Origin: Patescibacteria group bacterium
GTDB taxonomy: Bacteria > Patescibacteriota > Patescibacteriia > Magasanikbacterales > GWA2-37-8
Assembly (NCBI GenBank): GCA_028688375.1
Contig: JAQTYG010000001.1
Coordinates: forward strand, 99,345 to 163,344
Reading direction: 5' to 3'
Length of the DNA: 64,000 nucleotides
Made by a program: the position numbers and the translations under genes
Part shown: positions 30,560 to 39,748 of the stretch, in pieces
Numbering within the stretch: position 1 is the first letter of the stretch
Layout of the letters: every line of letters begins with the position of its first letter
The notes under the pieces: generated by a model
The model's database searches: none
The model's input: only the letters and a program-made list of their open reading frames with translations
Told to the model about the DNA's origin: nothing

Positions 30560-31843
30560 ATGCTAGACATTAAATTTATCCGAGAAAATGTTGACTTGGT
30601 AAAAGAGAATTGCGTCAACCGTAAAGTGAAAGTTGATATTGATAAATTGCTGGCTCTTGACGAATCTCGCCGTGAAAATTTATCAAAAATAGAAACGCTA
30701 CGCGCCGAACGAAACAAAAAATCCAAGGGCAAACCGACCGATGAAGAGATCGCAAAAATGAGAACCTTGGGTGAGAGTATCGCAAAACTTGAAGCGGAGG
30801 AAAAAATTACCGAGGAACAATATTCGGAATTTTTGCTCAAGGTGCCAAATATGGCCGATGAGTCAACACCCATTGGTCCTGATGAGAGCGGCAACAAAGT
30901 TTTGCGCGTTGCCGGCAATATTCCTAAATTTGATTTTACACCAAAAGAACACTGGGAACTTGGCAAACAACTCGGCTTAATCGACAATGAAAAAGCCGGT
31001 GAAATCAGCGGTTCGCGGTTTACTTATATCAAAGGCAACCTGGCTTTACTGCAATTCGCGTTGATAAATTTCGCGCTATCGATTGTTACGAACGAAAAAG
31101 AAATAAAAAAAATCATCAAAAAATATAATTTGGACATTTCTTCCGGCGCATTCGTACCGGTTATACCGCCGGTAATGATAAAACCCGATGTTTATCAGAA
31201 GATGGCGCGCCTTGAACCTAAAGACGAACGCTATTACATTTCGAGCGATGATGTATATTTGATCGGAAGCGCCGAGCACACTCTCGGCCCATTGCATATG
31301 GACGAAATTATTGACGAAAAAGATTTGCCGATACGATATGTCGGATATTCGCCGGCATTTCGGAGAGAAGCGGGTTCTTACGGCAAAGACATGAAAGGAA
31401 TCCTGCGCCTACATCAGTTTGATAAAGTTGAATTGGAATCATTCTGTTTGCCCGAAAAATCAATTGAAGAGCAGGATTTGTTTGTGGCGATTCAGGAAGA
31501 AATTGTCAGTCGTCTTGGCTTGCCATACAGGGTTATGCAAATTTGCACCGGCGATATGGGCGGGCCTGACGCGCGCCAAATTGATATTGAGACATGGATG
31601 CCTGGCCAAAATAGATATCGAGAAACGCACACTGCTGATATGATGACGGATTACCAAGCGCGTCGATTAAAGACACGGGTTAAAAAATCCGACGGCTCAA
31701 TCGAATTTGTTCATATGAACGACGCGACAGCCATCGCAATCGGGCGCATGCTTATTGCGATAATGGAAAATTATCAGCAGAAGGATGGCTCAATCGCGGT
31801 TCCAAAGGCACTGAAAAAATATTGCGGGTTGAAGAAATTATAA
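30560..31843 (+). CDS. serS: Seryl-tRNA synthetase
   Basis: N-terminal coiled coil followed by a class II core (AFRREAGSYGKDMKGILRLHQFDKVE). Confidence 0.9.
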   Translation: MLDIKFIRENVDLVKENCVNRKVKVDIDKLLALDESRRENLSKIETLRAERNKKSKGKPTDEEIAKMRTLGESIAKLEAEEKITEEQYSEFLLKVPNMADESTPIGPDESGNKVLRVAGNIPKFDFTPKEHWELGKQLGLIDNEKAGEISGSRFTYIKGNLALLQFALINFALSIVTNEKEIKKIIKKYNLDISSGAFVPVIPPVMIKPDVYQKMARLEPKDERYYISSDDVYLIGSAEHTLGPLHMDEIIDEKDLPIRYVGYSPAFRREAGSYGKDMKGILRLHQFDKVELESFCLPEKSIEEQDLFVAIQEEIVSRLGLPYRVMQICTGDMGGPDARQIDIETWMPGQNRYRETHTADMMTDYQARRLKTRVKKSDGSIEFVHMNDATAIAIGRMLIAIMENYQQKDGSIAVPKALKKYCGLKKL

Positions 31844-31847
31844 GCTT

Positions 31848-32963
31848 ATGTTCACCCGGGTCGAGATTGACTCCAAAGCCATAAAATTTAACCTACGGCA
31901 GTTCAGAAAATTGATCGGCCATAAGGCCCTGCTGATGCCGGTTGCCAAAGCCAATGCCTACGGGCATGGCTTTTTGGAAGTAGCCAGGATATGCGATAAA
32001 TCGCCCCAGGTGGACCGTATATGCGTCGTAAATGACGAGGAGGCCCTTTCACTGATAGAGAACAGAATCCACAAGCCAGTGCAAATTTTGACATTTTTTG
32101 ACCCGAAAAATGCTAAAATTGGGCTAAAATTAGCCAAAAAAGGCGTTATTTTCCCGCTTTTTTCGCTGGAACAAGCCAAATTTCTTAACAAAATAGGGGA
32201 GAGGGCAGGCAAAAATATCAAAGTGCACATAAAGGTAGATACGGGCGCGTCCCGGGTCGGACTTCTGCCCAGAGAAGTAATTTCATTTTTAGAAAAATTG
32301 CAAAAATTTCCGCGACTGAAAATTGAAGGGCTGTATAGTCATTTTGCCGCGAGCGAGGAAGACAGGGTATTCACCGAACATCAGATGAAAAATTTTGAAC
32401 AACTGGTTCGAAAAATCGAAGACAGGGGATACAAAATACCATTGAAACATTTTGCCTGCTCGGCGGCCAGTGTGTTGTTCGCCAAGAGCCGGTTAAACGC
32501 CATTCGTCTCGGGTTAAGTTTGTATGGCCTCTATCCGGATGATTTAAGCAAAAGAAAAATAAAATTAATTCCAGCGCTGGCTTGGAAAACAAAAATTATC
32601 CAGGTACGAACCGTGCCAGCCTGGACCAAAATCGGCTACGGCGGGTCATTTACCACCAAAAAACCGACAAAAATTGCCGTTCTGCCGGTGGGATATTGGG
32701 ACGGTTATGATCGCGGGCTGGGAAATAATGCTTTTGTCTTAATCGGCGGTAAACGTTGTCCGATTCGAGGCCGAATCTGTATGAACATCTGCATGGCCGA
32801 CGTTAGCGCCGTAAAAAATGTAAAGGCGGGGGACGAAGCGACACTCATCGGCCGACAAGGCCAGCAACAAATCACGACCGATGAACTGGCCAAATGGGCC
32901 GAAACCATTAATTACGAAATCGTTACTCGAATTAACCCCAAAATTCCCAGAATTTTACGTTGA
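31848..32963 (+). CDS. alr: Alanine racemase
   Basis: Has the PLP-binding Lys motif PVAKANAYGHG. Confidence 0.85.
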   Translation: MFTRVEIDSKAIKFNLRQFRKLIGHKALLMPVAKANAYGHGFLEVARICDKSPQVDRICVVNDEEALSLIENRIHKPVQILTFFDPKNAKIGLKLAKKGVIFPLFSLEQAKFLNKIGERAGKNIKVHIKVDTGASRVGLLPREVISFLEKLQKFPRLKIEGLYSHFAASEEDRVFTEHQMKNFEQLVRKIEDRGYKIPLKHFACSAASVLFAKSRLNAIRLGLSLYGLYPDDLSKRKIKLIPALAWKTKIIQVRTVPAWTKIGYGGSFTTKKPTKIAVLPVGYWDGYDRGLGNNAFVLIGGKRCPIRGRICMNICMADVSAVKNVKAGDEATLIGRQGQQQITTDELAKWAETINYEIVTRINPKIPRILR

Positions 32964-34030
32964 GTATGGACAAAATGAGATCTTACCGAAGTTTTCAAAA
33001 ATATCGCACGGAAAAAAAGAGGGGCTGGCTCTCGTCTCTTTTGTTTGGCAAAAAAAATAACGTCAATGTCCATCGCTCCGTTTCCACGGTGAGTTTGAAC
33101 ATGCCCCACCATAATCCGCGCAGTTATCTGCAGGAAAAAACGAATAAACGCGACTTGCGCCGGGCCTTTCTAATTTACGGCACTATCGGCATTTTCGTGC
33201 TTTGGCTGCTTTTGATGTTATATCTGCCGTACTTTAGGATCACTAAAACTAACTATGAGGGGCTGAAGATAATTAAAAAAGAAGAGATCGATGGATTCAT
33301 CCGCGAAAAATATCTGAAAAGAGGCTTGCTTTATCCTTATAACAATTTTTTCCTGGTCAGCAAAAATAACATCGCCGAGGATTTAGAAAAAAAATATGCT
33401 TTAGCGTCTTTAACGGTAGAAAAAGTTTTTCCCGATGGATTAAAAATCACGCTTAAAGAAAAAACCACCACGGTTATTTATGATAACGGCTCCAGCGCCT
33501 ACTTATTGGACAAAGAAGGAACCGTAATCAAGATGCTGTGGGGGACAGCCGGCACGTCCACGGCGGAAATGTCTTCTTCCAGCCCGGCGGCGATGATTTT
33601 AACGGCTGACATCGCCCCTGAAGAAATGGCCACTTCCAGCGCCACCTCCACCGTCGCCTCAAAAAAATACGCGCCTGATTTCAAAAAACTGGTGCGTGAA
33701 AATGATGACTTGCCGATAATTTATGACGCCAGAAATATTCCGATTTACGAAAAAGAAACCGGAGTTCTACCGCCGGAAATTATTACCGCCGCCATTGAAT
33801 GGCACGAGGTCCTGGGACAACAGGGGATAGGGGAGGTGGAATATTTCACGGTGGACAACCCGTCGGCCGGCCTGGAGGTTTATCTTGATAAGCCGTGGTT
33901 TATAAAAGTTCAGCCGAAAAATAATTTCGACGCGCAACTTAACAACCTCAAAACTTTATTGGCCAGCCCGGAGGTTAAGCCGGGTGAGTACATTGACCTG
34001 CGGCAAGAAAAAATGACGGTGTGGAAGTAG
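32960..34030 (+). CDS. FtsQ/DivIB-like cell division protein (single TM helix plus POTRA-like domain) with an S/T/A-rich insert
   Basis: TM helix (IYGTIGIFVLWLLLMLYL) and a POTRA-like region (FRITKTNYEGLKIIKKEEI...). Overlaps alr by 4 nt. Confidence 0.45.
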   Translation: MSMDKMRSYRSFQKYRTEKKRGWLSSLLFGKKNNVNVHRSVSTVSLNMPHHNPRSYLQEKTNKRDLRRAFLIYGTIGIFVLWLLLMLYLPYFRITKTNYEGLKIIKKEEIDGFIREKYLKRGLLYPYNNFFLVSKNNIAEDLEKKYALASLTVEKVFPDGLKITLKEKTTTVIYDNGSSAYLLDKEGTVIKMLWGTAGTSTAEMSSSSPAAMILTADIAPEEMATSSATSTVASKKYAPDFKKLVRENDDLPIIYDARNIPIYEKETGVLPPEIITAAIEWHEVLGQQGIGEVEYFTVDNPSAGLEVYLDKPWFIKVQPKNNFDAQLNNLKTLLASPEVKPGEYIDLRQEKMTVWK

Positions 34031-34121
34031 GGCAGACGTGTGGATAACCGATTTGACGGGATTATACGAAGAATATATAATTGAGTATAATAACTCTTAC
34101 ACTCAGTTATAATATGTCATT

Positions 34122-34610
34122 ATGCGGCTAAATAAGATGAAATCCATTAGCGCCCTTCTCAACCACCCATTTGATGATATAATTAAAGGACTTTACTTAA
34201 ACAAGACTTTGGCGTCACAAGAAATTTCCGACGAACTATTTAGAAAAACAAAAATTTTAATCACATCGAGGTCAATTCAACGCCGGCTGAAGCAAATGGG
34301 CATAATTCGCTCATTTAGCCAGGCTTTTAACCTTTCTATAAAGAAAGGACGCAAATCATACGAGCACCTTCGTAAAACGGTCAAATCCTCTTCTCTGCGC
34401 AAAGGCATAGCTCCAAAATTAAGGTTCCAGGTGTTTCATAGAGACGGCTACCGATGTGTTCTTTGTGGCAAGACCGCCCAAGATGACTTGTTGGTTATTG
34501 ATCATATTAAACCGGTCGCAGGTGGCGGAACTAATGACGAAAAAAATTTACGAACTTTGTGCCGCGAATGTAATTCTGGTAAGGGGAAAGTGCTCCTAGA
34601 GCCAGTATAA
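34122..34610 (+). CDS. HNH endonuclease domain protein
   Basis: C-terminal HNH motif: FHRDGYRCVLCGKTAQDDLLVIDHIKPVAGGGTNDEKNLRTLCRECN. The N-terminus looks like a DNA-binding region. The gene is AT-rich. Confidence 0.7.
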   Translation: MRLNKMKSISALLNHPFDDIIKGLYLNKTLASQEISDELFRKTKILITSRSIQRRLKQMGIIRSFSQAFNLSIKKGRKSYEHLRKTVKSSSLRKGIAPKLRFQVFHRDGYRCVLCGKTAQDDLLVIDHIKPVAGGGTNDEKNLRTLCRECNSGKGKVLLEPV

Positions 34611-34617
34611 AAAACCT

Positions 34618-35583
34618 ATGACCGATAAAACCGAAAAAATAACCCAACCACTCCCCTATCTGGATGATTTTATTTTACACCTCCGGGCGGATAATTTTTC
34701 CGAAGAAACGGCGTATAATTATGGGCGGGATTTAGAAACTTTTGAAACCTTTCTCAACAGAGATATAAAAAAAGATTTTAATAAAATTGATAAAATTGAT
34801 ATTCTCCGTTTCAAGGCCTACCTGACATCGATCGACCGCAAGACGGCAAAAAATCATGCGTCCAAACAAAAACTCGGCAGTTTTTCGGTCAATCGGGTCC
34901 TGTCCGGCTTGCGTTCATACCTAAAATTTCTTGAAGATATGGACAAGACACCGCCAGTGTCATCCACCGCCGTTAAATTACTCCGAACGGAAAAAAAGAA
35001 CGCGCGCGTGCCTGAATTCGAGGAAGTTATAAAAATTATTGAAGCGCCGGGAAAATTTGAAACAGACCAACGCGTCGCTCTGCGCAACCGGGCCATGTTG
35101 GAAACATTGTTCGCTACCGGCATGCGTATCTCCGAATTATTGTCTTTAAAAGTAAATCAGATCGACCAAACCGGACGCATCTACGTCATGGGTAAAGGAA
35201 AAAAACAACGCTTTGTCTATCTGACGCCTCGCGCCCTAAAACACCTACAGGCCTATCTAGCAAAACGCAACAGTAATTCCGACATGCTATTTGTGCCCTA
35301 TCGCGGCCGAAATTGTCAGGAAAAAAATAATAAAATCTCCACAAATTATTTACAATTCAAAATAAAAAAATATCGGGAGCTATTGGATATAAATCTGCCA
35401 GTTAGCGCCCACACGCTTCGCCACAGTTTCGCCACTTTTCTTGCGGAAAAAGGCGCCAACCCGGCGGCCATACAGATTCTCCTCGGCCATGAATCATTGG
35501 ATACTACCACCCGCTACGTTCATGCCTCTGACCGCTATGCCGAAAAAACGCACCATCAATTCCACCCCCTATCCAAAGCATGA
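34618..35583 (+). CDS. Tyrosine site-specific recombinase (XerC/XerD/phage integrase family)
   Basis: Catalytic motifs R...HTLRHSFAT...LLGHESLDTTTRYVH, where the Y is the nucleophile. Confidence 0.8.
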   Translation: MTDKTEKITQPLPYLDDFILHLRADNFSEETAYNYGRDLETFETFLNRDIKKDFNKIDKIDILRFKAYLTSIDRKTAKNHASKQKLGSFSVNRVLSGLRSYLKFLEDMDKTPPVSSTAVKLLRTEKKNARVPEFEEVIKIIEAPGKFETDQRVALRNRAMLETLFATGMRISELLSLKVNQIDQTGRIYVMGKGKKQRFVYLTPRALKHLQAYLAKRNSNSDMLFVPYRGRNCQEKNNKISTNYLQFKIKKYRELLDINLPVSAHTLRHSFATFLAEKGANPAAIQILLGHESLDTTTRYVHASDRYAEKTHHQFHPLSKA

Positions 35584-35589
35584 CCACTC

Positions 35590-35650
35590 CCCTTTTTTTG
35601 GCTTATTTTAGCAAAAAAAATACCCGGTTTAACCATTTTTTTGGCTAATC
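35590..35650. repeat. Two imperfect copies of a T7-GGCT...A-run motif; the first is a palindrome with a 6-nt spacer, giving a candidate recombinase core site
   Basis: The first copy, TTTTTTTGGCT-tatttt-AGCAAAAAAAA, lies at about 35594-35621. The second, TTTTTTTGGCT-aatctta-AACAAAAAA, lies at about 35632-35660. Confidence 0.3.
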
Positions 35651-35659
35651 TTAAACAAA

Positions 35660-35690
35660 AAACCGCCCCGAAGGACGGTCTTTTTTGTAT
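35660..35690. terminator. Bidirectional terminator between the recombinase (+) and cspA (-)
   Basis: AAAAAACCGCCCCGAAGGACGGTCTTTTTTG: an imperfect GC stem flanked by an A-run and a T-run. Confidence 0.5.
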
Positions 35691-35695
35691 TTTGA

Positions 35696-35896
35696 TTAGG
35701 CGAGAGTCACGTTGACAGCGCGCGGACCTTTTTCCGAGTCTTCAACATCGAAGGACACCTTATCACCTTGCTTTAACGCGGAAAATTCCACGCCCTGCAA
35801 AGAAGTGGCATGAAAGAACACGTCTTTCGCGCCGTCTTCCGGGGTGATAAAACCAAAATTCTTTTCTACGATGATGGTTTTAATAGTACCAGTCAT
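35696..35896 (-). CDS. cspA: Cold shock protein (CspA family)
   Basis: 66 aa with the RNP motifs GTIKTIIVEKNFGFITPEDG...VFFH. Confidence 0.9.
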   Translation of the reverse strand: MTGTIKTIIVEKNFGFITPEDGAKDVFFHATSLQGVEFSALKQGDKVSFDVEDSEKGPRAVNVTLA

Positions 35897-36027
35897 ATTA
35901 AGAATATTGTTGTGAGTAAAATTTTACAAAAAATTATCACTGGTGAAATTCGACTAGACTTACCAAGATATTTTGTAGGTTATTAGTATAGCACAAAACC
36001 GAGCAAAAGTCAATAGGTAGCGCGATT

Positions 36028-37281
36028 TTATGGCAAATATCCCATCGGATTAACCGGAATGCCATTGGCGCGAACTTCAAAATGCAGATGGGGGCCGGTG
36101 ACAAACGGGCCGGCGCCGACCGTGCCCGGCGTACCGCCGGAATAGCCGATAACGTCGCCCCGAGCCACAAATTGTTCTTCGGACACGGCAATTGAACTCA
36201 TATGACCATAGACGGTTGAAATATTACCGGTGTGGATGATCAGTACGTAGCTATAGCAAGAAGACAATGAGCAACGCTTGGCGCGACCGACATATCCTGC
36301 CGCCGCCGCTTTGATCGGCGTCCCCTGCCCGGCGCGAATATCAAGACCGCTGTGTTCAAATACTCGACGATAGGGATAATCCGGATCATGGAAAGCCGAA
36401 GTAATATATCGCCCCGGCACCGGCCAAGAAAGATCACCGCTGTTGCTATTCAAATTATTAAATCGGTCCATTTCTTCCAACTTTTTCCGCACCTGCGCCT
36501 CATAAGCGCTGACTTCGTTTTCCGTCGCCTGGTATTGAGCCCTCAAACTTTCCAGTAAAGTTCGGTAGCGAGATTCGGAAGATTTCGTCTGGGCGAGCAA
36601 CGTGCTTTTCCCGTTGGATTGGTCAATCAAATCCTTCTGCTTGTTATTTAGCTCGGTTTTTAAATCATCGTAAAGTTTTTTTCTCGCTTCCACTTGCGCT
36701 TTTTTGGCGTCCAAATCCTCTTTAGCTAAACGCAGGTTTTTGACCGATTTACCCAGATCGGTATAAACATTCTCCAAATACTTGGCTTGATTATAGAAAT
36801 CAGCGAAACTATTGCTGGTCAATAAAATTTCCAAATAATTTTTCTGGTCGTCGGCGTGGATGTTGCGGACGATTTTGGAAATAATAATTTTTTGCTTATC
36901 AATGGATTTTTGTTTGTCGGCAATGGATAACTGCAAGGCCTCAATTTCCAGTTTAGCCTCGCCAATTTTTTCTTCTGTTAATTTTATATCCGTCTCAGTC
37001 TGTGAAAGTTTGTTGTCCAAAATACTCAATTGATTTTTTAACGACACCGCTTCCAACTGCTTCGCCGCGATATTTTGCTTGTATTTTGCCATTGTTTCTT
37101 CCAGTTGTTTGATCTTATCTTTGCGCGCGGCAATTTGTTTATTCAAATCGTCAATTTCTTCTTTATTTCCACCCGCATCCGTGGTGGCCGAATAAACAAA
37201 ATTACCGCCGGCCAACAAAAAACCGGCGAATATTACGGCGAGTAATATATACTTGGATTTCATGGAAGTATTATACCACAT
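36028..37281 (-). CDS. M23 family peptidoglycan metalloendopeptidase / EnvC-like activator with an N-terminal coiled coil
   Basis: Long coiled coil and a C-terminal LytM domain (GLDIRAGQGTPIKAAAAGYV...HLHFEV). Confidence 0.75.
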   Translation of the reverse strand: MWYNTSMKSKYILLAVIFAGFLLAGGNFVYSATTDAGGNKEEIDDLNKQIAARKDKIKQLEETMAKYKQNIAAKQLEAVSLKNQLSILDNKLSQTETDIKLTEEKIGEAKLEIEALQLSIADKQKSIDKQKIIISKIVRNIHADDQKNYLEILLTSNSFADFYNQAKYLENVYTDLGKSVKNLRLAKEDLDAKKAQVEARKKLYDDLKTELNNKQKDLIDQSNGKSTLLAQTKSSESRYRTLLESLRAQYQATENEVSAYEAQVRKKLEEMDRFNNLNSNSGDLSWPVPGRYITSAFHDPDYPYRRVFEHSGLDIRAGQGTPIKAAAAGYVGRAKRCSLSSCYSYVLIIHTGNISTVYGHMSSIAVSEEQFVARGDVIGYSGGTPGTVGAGPFVTGPHLHFEVRANGIPVNPMGYLP

Positions 37282-38737
37282 TTTTCATGGCTTTCTCAAT
37301 CCGGCGTAAAGTTTCGTCTTGGCCCAGTACCTCGGCAATCTCAAACGGACCGGGAGAATTTTCCTGGCCGGACAAAGCCACGCGCATCGGCCATAAAACC
37401 GCGCCGACCGAATAGCCGTTTTCCTTTATCCACTCCCCCACTCTGCTTTCCAATTTTTCTTTCTGCCAATCGCGAACACTAAAAGTATCCAAAAATTCTT
37501 TTAGCGCCGGTAAAATATTTTTTAATTCTTCAGCGGAGCTTTTTTTCCAGACAAGCAGACCCGGCTCATAATCCGGGAGTTCGAAAACGAACTTTATCGC
37601 TTCCGGCAATTCGGCAAGAGTCGTTACTCGTTCTCGTTCCAAGGCAAGAGCTGTCGGATATTTTGTTAAATCAATGCCCGCCGTATCAAAAAACGGTTTG
37701 GCTCGCTCCGTTAGCTCTTCCGGAGGCAGGCGCTTTATATATTCTTTATTGAACCAATCCAATTTTTGTAAATTAAAAACCGCGCCGGACTTTCCGACTT
37801 TACCCAAACTGAATTCCTTTACTATTTCGCCCAAAGTAAAAAGTTCGCGCTCGCCGCCCGGATTCCAACCCAGGAACGCGATGAAATTTATAATCGCCTC
37901 TTTTAGATAACCTTTTTTGACATAATCTTCCACCGCTACGTCGCCTTGACGTTTGCTTAGCTTCGATCGGTCAGCGTTAAGCAACAACGGCAGATGCGCC
38001 ATCTTCGGCGATTCCCAGCCAAAATATTTGTAAAGCTGTAAGTGCTTGGGCACGCTGGATAGCCATTCTTCTCCGCGGATGATATGCGTAATTTTCATTA
38101 GATGATCATCCACCACCACTGCTAAATGGTAGGTGGGAAAACCGTCGGATTTCATGATAACCTGGTCGTCAACCAGCTCATTTTTAAACCTGACTTCGCC
38201 TCTGATTTCGTCGTTAAATACGGTCTCGCCTTCTTTTGGCATCTTCATGCGAATGACGTGTTTTTCGCCCTGGGAAGCCCGTTTTTGAGCCTCTGCGGGG
38301 TCAATATCACGGCAACGGCCGTTATAGCCCGGCGGGAGCTTGTTTAACTGCTGAAATTGGCGCAATTCGTCCAGCCGCTCGGGGGTGCAAAAACAATGAT
38401 AGGCGTGGCCATTTTTGACCAATTCGTCGGCGTGTTCTTTGTATATATCCAACCTCTCCGATTGGATGTAGGAACCGCCGCCATCGCCTTTTTGAATAAT
38501 ATTTTCATTCTTATCAAACATCACGCCCTCGTCCGGAATAAGTCCGGCCCAATAAAGTGATTTCAAAATATTTTGCGTGCCGTCGGCTACGAATCTTTCG
38601 CGGTCCGTGTCTTCAATGCGCAACACAAACTTGCCCTTATTTTGTTTAGCAAAACAATAAGCGTAAAGCGCCGTGCGCAAACCGCCGACGTGGAGGTAGC
38701 CGGTGGGAGAGGGAGCAAATCTTGTTCTAACTAACAT
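37271..38737 (-). CDS. gltX: Glutamyl-tRNA synthetase
   Basis: Starts RFAPSPTGYLHVGGLRTA; has the HIGH-type motif and the KMSKS motif KLSKR. Confidence 0.9.
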   Translation of the reverse strand: MLVRTRFAPSPTGYLHVGGLRTALYAYCFAKQNKGKFVLRIEDTDRERFVADGTQNILKSLYWAGLIPDEGVMFDKNENIIQKGDGGGSYIQSERLDIYKEHADELVKNGHAYHCFCTPERLDELRQFQQLNKLPPGYNGRCRDIDPAEAQKRASQGEKHVIRMKMPKEGETVFNDEIRGEVRFKNELVDDQVIMKSDGFPTYHLAVVVDDHLMKITHIIRGEEWLSSVPKHLQLYKYFGWESPKMAHLPLLLNADRSKLSKRQGDVAVEDYVKKGYLKEAIINFIAFLGWNPGGERELFTLGEIVKEFSLGKVGKSGAVFNLQKLDWFNKEYIKRLPPEELTERAKPFFDTAGIDLTKYPTALALERERVTTLAELPEAIKFVFELPDYEPGLLVWKKSSAEELKNILPALKEFLDTFSVRDWQKEKLESRVGEWIKENGYSVGAVLWPMRVALSGQENSPGPFEIAEVLGQDETLRRIEKAMKNVV

Positions 38738-38785
38738 ATAACTTCAATTTAAATAATTCGGATTATTTTACTTTAACTTAATTAG

Positions 38786-38915
38786 TATTTTTAATTCCCA
38801 ATTTCCAATGACCAATTTCCAAATAAACCTAAATGTCAAATTCCAATTATTTTTGATTTTAGGATTTAGGACTTGTTTGGGATTTGGACATTGGGATTTT
38901 GGATTTAACAACTAA
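38786..38915. repeat. Intergenic repeat block of CCAATTTCCAA(T) x2, AAATGTCAAA and degenerate tandem GGATTT units
   Basis: CCCAATTTCCAATGACCAATTTCCAAATAAACCTAAATGTCAAATTCCAATTA, then (T)GGGATTT-type units through 38910. The same motifs recur at 43095-43250. Confidence 0.6.
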
Positions 38916-39635
38916 TAAACTAAATAAAACTGTGGCATTAAAAATACGTTTAAATCGAAGCGGCTGTTTGAATAATCTGTATGCCCATTCTAACCCAATT
39001 TTACGCATCCAGCAAGGCGCGCGATTGACCCGGCCGGAAATATAATCAAAAGCTCCGCCCACGCCCATGGCGATTTTTATACTCGACATTTTGGCCAAAT
39101 TTTCGTGGATCCATTTTTCCTGTTTGCCCATACCGAAGGCAACGAATAAAATATCCGGCCGCGTCTGATTTATTTTATCAATCACGGTCTGGTTGTTAAT
39201 CTGGTCAATTAACAGTTCACAGTTCACGGTTCGCAGTTCACTGATTTCCGGCCCGCGGTCAAATCCGGAAATTTTAAGGGTCGGGAATTTCTTCTGAAGT
39301 TCTTCTGCCGTTTTCTCCGCCACTTCATTACTGCCCGAGCCGAGAAAATACACACTACTCCCCTGCTCTACTGCCAATCGACAAAGTTCCTGCATGAAAT
39401 CGACGCCGGGAATTCGCGTCGCGCCGGAAAATATTTTCAAACCAAAACCATCGCATAAATTCAAATCGCCGGAATTTAGAATCTCGAGAAAATAGTGATC
39501 TTTTTGCGCCTTCACCAGCATCTCCGGATTGGGCGTAAAAATCCTATGTTGTCCGCCGGAACGCAAAAAATCCCCTGCCTTTTTCAGGGCGCCAGCCAAA
39601 TTTACGTCATCTACCCTTACTCCCAAGATATTCAT
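38859..39635 (-). CDS. WecG/TagA/CpsF family glycosyltransferase
   Basis: Starts NILGVRVDDVNLAGAL; family 26 glycosyltransferase fold. The last ~14 codons (SKIPMSKSQTSPKS) are encoded by the GGATTT repeat. Confidence 0.7.
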   Translation of the reverse strand: MNILGVRVDDVNLAGALKKAGDFLRSGGQHRIFTPNPEMLVKAQKDHYFLEILNSGDLNLCDGFGLKIFSGATRIPGVDFMQELCRLAVEQGSSVYFLGSGSNEVAEKTAEELQKKFPTLKISGFDRGPEISELRTVNCELLIDQINNQTVIDKINQTRPDILFVAFGMGKQEKWIHENLAKMSSIKIAMGVGGAFDYISGRVNRAPCWMRKIGLEWAYRLFKQPLRFKRIFNATVLFSLLVVKSKIPMSKSQTSPKS

Positions 39636-39682
39636 ATATACTCATATTTTATCCTAAATTACGCCAAATTTCAAGGGGCATA

Positions 39683-39738
39683 TTGACATATTTTGGGCCT
39701 ATGGTATATTATTATCACTCTAACCATTAGAGTGATAA
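39683..39738 (+). promoter_or_regulatory. clpB promoter (TTGACA-16/17-TATATT) followed by a CIRCE-like inverted repeat
   Basis: TTGACA at 39683-39688 and TATATT at 39705-39710. The inverted repeat is TTATCACTC (39712-39720) and GAGTGATAA (39730-39738) with a 9-nt spacer. The CIRCE consensus is TTAGCACTC-N9-GAGTGCTAA. Confidence 0.55.
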
Positions 39739-39748
39739 ATTATATCCT

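Noticed and set aside
38859-38912. Degenerate tandem GGATTT repeats considered as a CRISPR-like or minisatellite array
   Set aside because: The units are about 6-9 nt, irregular and without spacers. They fit the dispersed short-repeat family described in the findings rather than a CRISPR array.
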